A DNA stretch of 64,000 nt from Lingula anatina (taxonomy: Eukaryota > Animalia > Brachiopoda), in contig JBPQGU010000016.1 in the NCBI GenBank assembly GCA_051362555.1, positions 5,518,001 through 5,582,000 of the forward strand. Reading direction: 5' to 3'. Within the stretch, counting starts at the first letter, position 1. The number at the start of each line of letters is the position of its first letter. Below are positions 27,101 through 38,068 of this stretch, piece after piece. The notes beneath the pieces were generated by a model that was not told the DNA's origin, did not search any database, and saw only the letters and a program-made list of their open reading frames with translations. A program made the translations under genes and the position numbers.

Positions 27101-27985
27101 ATTCCTTTCTTTATACCAAAATTGTAAAACTGCTTTTGGCAACTTTGTTGTTGACAATTCTTCTGAAAAAGTGTTCTTTTAATAATTTATCAAATTATAA
27201 AGCTAGATCAGTGGTAGGAATGAGAACTGGAAACCACATCGACAACATGGTGCCAATTCCCAGTCATGTATCAGGTTGCATTTTCAGTTAGGTTGTGACA
27301 GAATAACATATATCCACCATCTCATCACCATGTCACTGGCAGACTATTGGCTACAATTACCAACTATGGAAAACAATATTAATTTATCTACTATCCATCC
27401 CAGTGCTGTTCTATATTCTGTATTAAAAGAAGTAATTAAGTTGCATGATGTGGACGTTAAAGTAGCCTGCATCCTATTGAAATAATACTGGCTGCTGAGT
27501 GCATACTAACTTAAACCATAGCAACATGACTGGTAATACTGACTCTTTTAGTCCATCTCTTGACGTGACTACTTATTCAGAATTTACATTACATGTAATT
27601 ATAATTGCAAATGCAAGTTAAATCCTTTGCAATAAGCACTGCTAGATGTACAACATGTAAGTCCACACAAACACAACCAACACTTCAGTCTTTGCATGTC
27701 CTGCATTTCTTACGTTTCTACAGTGTTCAACCCGCAGCTTTTCAGCTTCATCAGCCGGTCTGCCCAGTACTCAGGAACAACTCTGAAATAGTGAACTGCA
27801 CCACTCAAAATACGGAGTGGTTTTCCATCTAGATAGAACTTCTTGTACTTGGTTTCCAGTCCAGTCCTTTCCCCCATGGTTCTCCTTCTCCCCGGCCAGC
27901 ACCAGTATGTCAAACCTATAAACAAAACTAGGACAACCGCGATAACACGCTGTTTGTGTTGTGGCCTCATTTTGTAGATATTCAT
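12103..27985 (-). CDS. Beta-galactosidase-1-like protein (GH35, GLB1L2/GLB1L3-like), 18 coding exons, N-terminal hydrophobic signal or anchor
   Basis: Exons: 27985-27714, 23835-23767, 23433-23338, 23134-23026, 22626-22534, 22215-22134, 21122-20967, 20131-19997, 18991-18902, 18645-18589, 18015-17960, 16011-15865, 15374-15297, 15071-14984, 13248-13161, 13012-12895, 12611-12495, 12174-12103 (TAG). GH35 motifs: [100 protein letters not shown]. Confidence 0.95.
13223..14720 (-). repeat. 51-bp tandem array, ~29 copies, spanning a beta-galactosidase acceptor site
   Basis: Unit CTATATATTATGATTTCTATTAATCCAG|GTCTGGTAGAACCAGTAACCTTAGGG (ends overlapping). Only the last copy continues into the real exon 13248-13161. 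It explains ORFs 13157-14239, 13197-14138 and 14306-14671. Confidence 0.95.
15676..15828. mobile_element. Degenerate MITE, inverted relative of 9230-9398
   Basis: CAGGCCCATAGCTAGCAATTACAAAAGGGGG ... CAGCTACAGGGCTG. The interior matches the reverse complement of the 9230 element. Confidence 0.65.
16080..17728 (-). mobile_element. Non-autonomous Helentron-type element (HINE family A), both ends present
   Basis: Head: TTTTTATGTACAGACACAGATGTGTCTGTACA hairpin plus a (GTCGCC)n microsatellite. Tail: subterminal repeat TGTCTGTACA plus a GACAGCTTTGCTGCC stem-loop. T-rich flanks, no TSD, no long ORF. Confidence 0.85.
17975..18356 (-). repeat. 80-bp tandem array, ~5 copies, spanning a beta-galactosidase acceptor site
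   Basis: TTTTCTACAG|GCACAGTG with the first exon base at 18015, 18095, 18175, 18255 and 18335. Only the 18015 copy reaches the GTGAG donor. Confidence 0.95.
20245..20663 (-). mobile_element. HINE family A, 3'-truncated copy
   Basis: Same head hairpin and microsatellite followed by about two internal repeat units. The tail is absent. Confidence 0.85.
21176..21694. repeat. 20-21-bp C-rich minisatellite, ~25 copies, just upstream of an acceptor
   Basis: (CCCTCCCTCTCCAACAATGA)n variants. It explains ORFs 21114-21857, 21142-21711 and 21170-21511. Confidence 0.95.
24032..26914 (-). mobile_element. HINE family A composite (two heads, one tail)
   Basis: Heads at ~26914 and ~25298, tail at 24032, with duplicated internal modules. 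Confidence 0.85.
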
Positions 27986-28290
27986 TGTGCGTGGATTGTG
28001 TTTATCTCACGTTGACGTGACATGTGAAACAGTCATAAAACGACGGTCAGCGTTGTTAAACGAGTCAAGTGCACCTTGGGTAGTATACGGGAATGGCGAC
28101 AGATCGCAGTCTGTAGTAATATTTTTGTTCCCCGCATATTCAAGCACCCACAGCTGCCTGGTTATAGATCGGAAATTCGCGGCTGCTTACACAGGAAGTT
28201 GGTGAGTGCGTGAAAACGGCAATTACTCTACACCGATACACGGGAATCACAACATCAACAGACTAGCACACAGAATGTTGAAAGCTTCCG
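27986..28290. promoter_or_regulatory. Probable bidirectional promoter between the beta-galactosidase-like gene and ERMARD, including an ERMARD 5'-UTR exon
   Basis: The genes are head-to-head and the stretch is locally CpG-rich. ETS-like CGGAAAT and CAGGAAGT motifs are present. Plus-strand donors GTGAGT (28202) and GTAAGT (28290) precede the acceptor at 28722. Confidence 0.65.
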
Positions 28291-28731
28291 TAAGTTTGGT
28301 GATATCAAATATCTTAGTTGTAAAGTGCATGTTGTTGTTTTAGTTTGTTCTAATTGTATGAGCAATTGCTTAGATAATTAAACAAGCCCACTGCTTCTGT
28401 AAAAGATACAGTAAAGATTTTGTAAACAAGGGGGAGGGGGTAACGGGGGGGGGGGAGGGGATGAATGGGGAAGCTAGAGGGAGAGAGGGGTGGGGAATTG
28501 GAAAGAGCACACTAACTGAAATGCACCTTATCCCTCTAGAAAAGTAGTGAAAGGCATTGAGTGTTTTATTATTTATTTATTTATTTTATCTATTTTTTAT
28601 TTTATCATTATTTATTTATTTACATTATTTTTTTAGCCATTTGTAAGCAGTTAACAAACATATTCCACAGTCTTGCATTTTTTCAGGCTTTTTATTCTAC
28701 CAAACCTTTCCCATGTTTGTAGCCATGAGAG

Positions 28732-29033
28732 ATGGCGGATAGTGTCACCAGTTTTCTGTCACCACATGTACGCCATATATTGTCCTGTGGTGATAACACA
28801 GACAGCAGAGAGGACACTACAAGCTTGCTGCTGCAGAATGGCCTCCTCTGCTGGATGTCCATAGAAAACCATCTACCAGGTACCTGGTATAATTATTTTA
28901 AACACCATTTACCCCAAGACAATTCGTCAAGTATGAGTTTTTACTGGGAAATGCTATATGCATCTTTAAATGTGATTATCATTTTTATGTACAGACACAG
29001 ATGTGTCTGTACATATAGCCATCATCTGCGTCT

Positions 29034-29065
<32 letters not shown>

Positions 29066-32000
29066 GCACTTTTACCGATAACACGATAAGTGGAAAACCA
29101 TTTTACCTTTTGACTTGAAACTTGCAGAACTGATGAATATTCATAATACACAGGTCAAGGTCGAAAATCAGCATGATCGGGTCACTATTAGGGAATTTAT
29201 GCTGTTTTTTATGTACAGACACAGATGTGTCTGTACATATAGCCATCATCTGCGTCTGTCGTCGCCGTCGCCGTCGCCGTCGTCGCCGTGCACTTTTACC
29301 GATAACACGATAAGTGGAAAACTGTTTTTTCTTTTGGCTTGAAACTTACAGAACTGATGAATATTCGTAATACGCAGGTCAAGTTCGAAAATCAGCATGA
29401 TCGGGTCACTTATAGGGAATTTATGCTGTTTTTTCACTTTTTTCAGCATATATGCAGCCCCGATAACACGATAAGTGGAAAACCATTTTACCTTTTGGCT
29501 TGAAACTTACAGAACTGATGAATATTCATAATACGCAGGTCAAGTTCGAAAATCAGCATGATCGGGTCACTTATAGGGAATTTATGCTGTTTTTTCATTT
29601 TTTTCAGCATATATGCAGCGCCGATAACACGATAAGTTGAAAACCATTTTACCTTTTGGCTTGAAACTTACAGAACTGATGAATATTCATAATACGCAGG
29701 TCAAGTTCGAAAATCAGCGTGATTGGGTCATTTTTAGTGAATTTAGGCTATTTTTTCTCTTTTTTCAGCATATATGCAGCACCGATAACACCATAAATGG
29801 AAAACCATTTTACCTTTTGGCTTGAAACTTACAAAACTGATGAATATTCATAATCCGCAGATCAAGTTCGAAAATCAGCATGATTGGGCCATTTTTAGGG
29901 ATGTTATGCTGTTTTTTCACTTCTTTCAACATATATGCAACGCTAATAACACAATATAAGAAAAACAGATAGGCCAATTGTCATTATACTCACAGGAGTA
30001 GTCAAACTAACTAAAACGCAGGTTGAGTTCCAAAATCAGCATAATCGGGCCATTCTTTTAGAAGTTATGCTGTTTTTTCACATTTCCTCAGATTCAATTG
30101 TTAGGCATATTAACAGTCTCATAATTGAACTAATAAGATACATAAAAGTGTTTGTTTGACATTTCCTGCATCTTAATAACATTGTTAATTGATTATGTAA
30201 AAATGATGGTAAACTTGTTATTGTGTATTATGTTATAAAGTGTCAAAAATGGAAATAAACAAATATCATTGCAGTTTGTCAGATTCAATCATCTACTATA
30301 TTCATTATCTCAGAATGGAGGAAATTGGACATTTAACACTGTTCTATTGAAATTTTTCCCATCTCATCAATTTTCTTAGTTGATCATATACAAATGGTAG
30401 AAAACTGTTTATTTTGTTTTATGTTAAAAAAGTGTTTAAAAATGGAAGTAAACCCATTGCAGAACAGTGCTGTCTTGTTTCAGCATATATGCAGCACCGA
30501 TAACACGATAAGTGGAAAACCATTTTACCTTTTCCCTTGAAACTTACAAAACTGATGAATATTCATAATACGCAGGTCAAGTTCGAAAATCAGCATGATC
30601 GGGTCATTTTTAGGGAAGTTATGCTGTTTTTCACTTTTTTCACCATATATGCAACACTGATAATATGATAAGTGAAAAATCATTTTACCTTTTGGCTTGA
30701 AACTTGCAGAACTAATGAATATTCATATTACGCAGGCCAAGTTCGAAAATCAGCATGATCGGGTCATTTTTAGGGTAGTTATGCTGTTTTTTCACTTTTT
30801 TCAGCATATATGCAACACCGATAACACGATAAGTGGAAAACCATTTTACCTTTTGGTTTCAAACTTACAGAACTGATGAATATTCATAATACGCAGGTCA
30901 AGTTTGAACATCAGCATCATCGGGTCATTTTTAGGGAAGTAATGCTGTTTTTTCACTTTTTTCAGCATGTATGCAACACCTTTGTGCTATATGATGGTAC
31001 TGTATGGATGACAGTCTATAAAATTGTCCCTTGGGTGATCACTAATTAAATTAAGGTCTATAAAGTCACTTGGCTACTCATTAATTTTCAATTGGCCATT
31101 AAATGAGATTACATAAAACACTCCTTGAGATTTCCCTGTAAAGTCCCATAGGTTTAGCTCTCTTAACTGTGTCACAAAATTAGGATTTGGTGATAATTGT
31201 GCAGATAAATGGTGTTTAACATTGCAAATAAATTTACAACAAAAAGAATGTGCTATGCCAACATGCTATAGATGAATAACAGTGCTTTATTTTTCTCAAA
31301 CTTGGTGGGGTTATTAATATCAAGTTAATACAGCTAGATTAAAAGTTTGAATAGCAGCTTTATTGGAATTTTTTACGTTTTATTTAGAATTTTTTTAAAA
31401 TTATTTTTCAAACACAAGCATCTTCAAGATGTGATTTTATACTCCCATCCACCAGAAGTGCTGTGCATTTTCTGTATTTTTGTATATAATTGTTATTTCT
31501 TCAGATTTAATTCTTAGGCATGTTAACAGTCTCATTATGGAACTAATAAGATATGTAAAAGTGTTGTTTTGACATTTTCTGCTTCTTAACAATATTGTTT
31601 GTTGATTATATAAAAATGACGGTAAACCTGTTATAATATTGTGCATTGTGTAATAAAGTATCATAAATGGAAAGGAACTCAGCATTGCAGTTTGTCAGAT
31701 TTAATCATTCACTATGTTCAGCATCTGCAAATGGAGCAAATTGGACATTGAAAATTGTTCTATTGCTATTTTTCCTATGTCACCAATTTTCCCAGTTGAA
31801 CATTTAAAAATGACAGTTTATTGATCATTTTGTTTTAAAAAAAGTGTTGAAAATGGAAAGAAAATCATTTCAGTACAGTTATCTCTTGTTTACATTTTGG
31901 CATTTTGAAAGTGTGACTCTGAACTTCCATGGCCTTGAAGACCTTCCCAAATCACATTTTCTGAACATTCATGATACTTTTATTTTTTTATAAAAAATTT

Positions 32001-32375
32001 GATGGTCATTATGCTGTTAAGTATTATGTTTTATTGCATGAAAGTTGAAGAAAACCCTATTTTGGACACTGCTGCCAGGATAGCGGTTAAGGGAAAACCA
32101 TGTTACTTACGATACTGAAACTTAGTGAAAAGTTTCATAAGACAGAAGTGCGCAGCTTGTGTTTGAAAACCAGTGTGATTGTTTTCTGTTTTGGAAGTAA
32201 TGCAGGTTTATAGAGTGCTATACTGGCATTTTCAAGTTGTGACTTATCACTCCCATCTAACAGGAGCCCTGTACTCTTACTTTGTAACATTTTCTGTATT
32301 TTGTTAAGTTACAAGAATGATTCTTAGGATTGACATACAGCCCCCCCCCCCAAAAAAAAAATTAATAATATATAG

Positions 32376-32445
<70 letters not shown>

Positions 32446-35400
32446 AATTTTCACTGTACCTCATTCTGGCATTTCCAAAGTTTAACTCTTATCAGCCTGA
32501 CACCTTAGGGACTATTTCCAGACCCTATCACGCTAACTGTGGATCGATCTATCTCCATGGGAATTCTCGCTAAATTGCAATCAATGTAAGTGGCTTAGTT
32601 GTCTGTCACGCCTACTGAAACTGGCATGCCAGAATCCTAAGACTCTCAAACTGAAAGCAATTTAGTGAGAAACCCCTTGGAGTTGCATTGATCCTGTTAG
32701 ATTGATCTAGGTATGGGAACTTAGTCTAATGCTTGATACACATTTTACTTTCATCCTAATCCAATGTTATGCAGAATAAGAATTTGATGTTGGCTATGTA
32801 GTTACAGTAAGCATAATACATTAGTTCATCAGAATTGACAGTATCCTATTTCTTGCGTTTTTATTTTCTGGTTTTTGTCTGTACATTTGACAGCTTTGCT
32901 GCCTTGTTCACTTTTTTCAGCATATATGCAGCACCGATAACACGATAAGTGGAAAACCATTTTACCTTTTGACTTGAAACTTACAGAACTGATGAGTATT
33001 CATAATACGCAGGTCAAGTTCGAAAATCAGCATGATCGGGTCACTTTTAGGGAATTTATGCTGTTTTTTCACTTTTTTCAGCATATATGCAGCACCGATA
33101 ACACAATAAGTGGAAAACCATTTTACCTTTTGACTTGAAACTTACAGAACTGATGAATATTCATAATACGCAGGTCAAGTTCGAAAATCAGCATGATTGG
33201 GCCATTTTTAGGGAATTTATGCTGTTTTTTCACTATTTTCAATATAAATGCAACACTGATAACACAATATAAGAAAAACGGATTGGCCAATTGTAATTAT
33301 ACTCACAGGAGTGGTCAATCTTATTAAAACGCAGGTAGAGTTCGAAAATCAGCATAATCGGGCCATTATTTTAGAAGTTATACTGTTTTTTCACATTTCC
33401 TCAGATTCAATTATTAGGCATGTTAACAGTCTCATTATTTAACTAATAAGATGTCTAAAAGTGTTTGTTTGATATTTCCTGCATCTTTACAACATTGTTA
33501 GTTGATTATGTAAAAAACATGGTAAACTTGTTATCATGTATTGTGTAATAAAGTGTCAAAAATGGAAATAAACTCATATCATTGCAGTTTGTCAGATTCA
33601 ATCATCCACTATGTTCAGAATCTCAGAATGGAGGAAATTGGACATTTAACACTGTTCTATTGATACTTTTCCCATCTCATCAATTTCTTAGTTGGTCATA
33701 TAAAAATGGCAGTAAAATGTTTATTTTGTTTTATGTTAAAAAAGTGTTAAAAATGGAAATAAACCCATTTCAGAACAGTGCTGTCTTGTTTACATTTTGG
33801 CATTTTCAAGGTGTGACTTTGAAGTTCCATGGGCCTGAAGACCTTTGCTCGTCGCATTTTCTGAATATCTGTGAAACAAATATTTTATAATTAAAAATTG
33901 ATGGTCATTAAGCTGTTAAACATTATGTAATATTGCATCAAAATTTGAAGAAACCCCTATTTTGGACACTGCTTCCATGATGACCATTTAAGGAAAATCA
34001 AGTCACTTACTGTTCTCAAACTTACAGGAAAGAAACATGGGACTAAAATACAGCTTCAGTAGGCAATGCAGTCTGTTTGGTATTTTTATTTATTTATTTA
34101 TTTTTTTGGCAGTTAAACAGTTTTTTGTGAAAATTTAATTTTTCACATATTGGCATTTTCAAGGTGTGACTTTAAAGTTCCATGATCCTGAAGACTTTTG
34201 CTTGTCCTATTTGCTGAATGTCCATGTTACTAATATTTTATTAATAACATTTGATTGTCATTATGCTGTTAAACATTATGTAATGTTGCATCAAAATTTG
34301 AAGAAACCCCTATTTTGTGCACTGCTCCTATGATGACCATTTAAGGGAAATCATGTCACTTACTGTTCTCAAACTTACAGGAAAGAAACATAGGTCTAAC
34401 ATACAGCTTCAATAGGCAAGGCAGTCTGTTTGGTAAATTTTTCTGGCAATTTAACAGTTTTTTGTGAAAATTTAATTTTTCACTTATTTGCATCTTTATT
34501 TTCTGTTTTTTTTTTTTTTGTCTGTACATTTGACAGCTTTGCTGCCTTGTTTAATCATTGTATTGAGTTTCAAACTGAACTTAAATTGCATGCATTTGCC
34601 TTATGAATGCCCTTTAAATTAATTTCTAATTTCAAATTGGCATTTTGTCATTGCATATAAATATATATAAATTTTTTTAATCATTCATTTGAAAACAATT
34701 TGTGTTTTTGAATATGGTGTCAGTAACAAGCACAGGAACTATTATTATTACTGAATGCTTTAGTTATAACAGTGTCAACTTTTGTTCTTTTCAAACTTCC
34801 AGATGGGACTGATTCTCCAGACTACTTCACAAGCTGTGTGCAGTGTTTGGCTGGAGTATTTAGGAGAGTGGAGGAAGAACTGACCAGCTGGACAGAGGGG
34901 CAGTGGAGGGAGAGGGTGGGAAATAACCTTACCTGGACAGGATGTCCGCAGGTGGATATATTATTATGTAGTAATTAAGATCTTTGGCCAAGTAAACTAT
35001 TTATTAACTGATTGAGAGTTTTAGTAGTGAACATTAATTTGTATAGGTTATTCCGAAGTCTTCCTACAAAAAAAGGTATGCTAGTCTTTTTATGAAGATG
35101 GTCATTGCAAACTAAATAAAGAAACAAATATTGAAGACTTTTTATACATATTTATGTATTTCTTCATATGATAGTTTAAAGCTATAGTATTCAGCCTGAA
35201 TACTACAATTATAAAATGTGTATTTAGGTTTGCACTGTAAACTTCAACATGTATTTTCTTACAACTAATTTATATCTACTTCTGCTCTTGTTGCAGGTGT
35301 TTCTGAGGAGTTTTGAGGTTTTACAAAGCAGAACAACAACCTCAGCAGCCGTATCTCTTCTCATGACGACATCTGCCTTAGAAAGAGCCTTGGGGGATGT

Positions 35401-38022
35401 AAGTAAAACCCTTAAACTACACAGATTTTCTGATGTGTTTTTGTTTATTGTTTCAGCATTCTGTGACTCTTCATACAATTCTTGTCTCTGTTTGCAGATA
35501 TTCTTGCTGAAAGGAAAACAGTGTCCATCAATGCTGAAGGATTTGCTTGTTTCAGAAGAACTTAAAAATCTCCTTGGAGGAACAGCTGTAAGAAGGGATC
35601 AGATTTTCCTTCTAGGAAATTAAAATGGAAACAATTTAAGTCTAGCAAAATAGTTGCCAAACATATCAGTATTTAGCCCCAGCAGTGAGCATGAAACTAG
35701 TCAGTTAATATCAATTAAGTTCTCAAATTATTTGTATGTAATGTAAAACCAAGTAATTTATAATTAAGATAGACATCCTCTGAACATTGCAAATATTATA
35801 AGTGAAAATTATCAAACACAAACTGAAATACTTTGATTGTTAGCTTACGGCCAACATAGCTTGTGTTTGATAATTTTCATTTATGGTCCAACTACCAACC
35901 TAATGAACATTTTTGCTCATTGTAAATATTTTTCAATATTTACGTATCTTGCAGATAAAACTGTTAAGGATCCTGATTGGTCCCCCTGTCTCCTTGAATC
36001 TTAGAAATGTGTTGTGGCATGGATTTGCTGTTCCAGATGAAATACCGAGGTGGTAAGTCAACTTGTGGGGCCATTCAGAATGAAAGAACTCAGTATCAAC
36101 TGGTCCAAGGCTCAAATATGGTGGACCTTACATGAAAGGAAGACCACTTAATCCCGTAATGATCTCTCCGCCTCTCACACACCTGTATTGGGACATGCAG
36201 TGGTAAATAAGCCACTCTGAACTCTGACCTCTGAGGAATTCAATTAGTTGAAAATTTGTCAGACTTATTGATGGAACAAGTGGTGCACAGTGTTAATAGT
36301 AAAGATAGTGCACATTAAGAGTAATATTTTTATTTCAGCTATGCATATTTTCTGGTCAACCTCATCCCTAGTCTTGGTCAGCTCCTGCAGGAGCAGTCAG
36401 TTGAAGCTGAATCAATACCACACAGAGTAGATGTAACCTTTCCACAGGTAGAAAACTGGGGTATATTTCCAGGTAATAAAACATGATAACTAACACAGTT
36501 TGACACAGGTGCAGATAGTAGAGAAGAAAATAATTTTGTGATTAGTATTTCTAAAATGTAAGCAAAGGATATCAAATGAGATCTTTTGAAATGCAACTTC
36601 ACTGTTAGTGATAATCCTAAAGATATAAAACAAATATATAAACCAGTGCTAGTGACAGTCAGATTTTTGTATACATTTTTGCATACTTATTTTTTACCAT
36701 TATATTTTATAAATCTTTTTATTAGAGATAACCATAAAAGATTGTGCTGTTTTGGAAGATCTGTTTAATACATCAGAATTTGTGCCAACACCAATGTTGC
36801 CATTTTGGGCAGATATCCTGGAGTCATTTAATTATCAAAGGTAAGATGTGTCACATGCAATTGTGTAGCAGAAAGAGGATATTAAAGGAGTCCTATATAT
36901 GTCCTTGATAGTGAAAAGTACTTGTTCTGTTTTTTATTATTTTTTTTTATTCAAAGCTGTATTTCCACATTAGTTGTAAAATTTGTTATAATAAATTTTA
37001 GACAATTACTGGATTAAAAGAAATTATGGCAGTTCATTTTATTCTGTAGCAGCTCATTGCCACACTTAATATACCAGGATGCGTAAGTCTTAACTTTCAG
37101 TTCAAATACTTAAGCTATATTTCAGGTATGGAGAGGCTGTGATGGTTCTTCTACCCCAGTTAGAACATTGTTTAAGGTGTCTGTTTGTTATATTTCAGGT
37201 ATGGAGAGGTTATGATGGTTCTTCTACCCCAGTTAGAACATTGTTTAAGGTGTCTGTTTGTTATATTTCAGATATGGAGAGGCTGTGATGGTTCTTCTAC
37301 CCCAGTTAGAATATTGTTTAAGGTGTCTGTTTGTTATATTTCAGATATGGAGAGGCTGTGATGGTTCTTCTACCCCAGTTAGAACATTGTTTAAGGTGTC
37401 TGTTTGTTATATTTCAGATATGGAGAGGCTGTGATGGTTCTTCTACCCCAGTTAGAACATTGTTTAAGGTGTCTGTTTGTTATATTTCAGATATGGAGAG
37501 GCTGTGATGGTTCTTCTACCCCAGTTAGAACATTGTTTAAGGTGTCTGTTTGTTATATTTCAGGTATGGAGAGGCTGTGATGGTTCTTCTACCCCAGTTA
37601 GAACACTGTTTAAGGTGTCTGTTTGTTATATTTCAGGTATGGAGAGGCTGTGATGGTTCTTCTACCCCAGTTAGAACACTGTTTAAGGTGTCTGTTTGCC
37701 AGAGTTAATCAGTGTCCAGAAAGAATACTGACAGCAGAGGTTTGCTTACAACATTTTAATATTTTTGCTGTTTTGAATATGTAAATTACATTGTACCAGC
37801 TGGCTATTGAAATGTCAGACTTGAAATGTTTCTGTAAATGTTTTGGTCCATTTAGTGAAAATAATTCATTGAACTACTGTTAATTTCACTCACACTTCCT
37901 AATAAACACTATTGACTATATGAGGTTTTATTTATAACAATCTCAGACAGATGATGATGATGGCAATTTTGTTTGTTTTTTTAGTCTACCACAATGTACA
38001 CCACTGTGGATGAGGTAAGTTA

Positions 38023-38068
<46 letters not shown>

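Noticed and set aside
24974-29825. Recurrent short ORFs ([15 protein letters not shown]..., poly-Arg, KFENQHDR) suggesting a gene family
   Set aside because: They are translations of HINE-A heads and repeats. Frames break between copies and I saw no Rep, helicase or transposase motifs.
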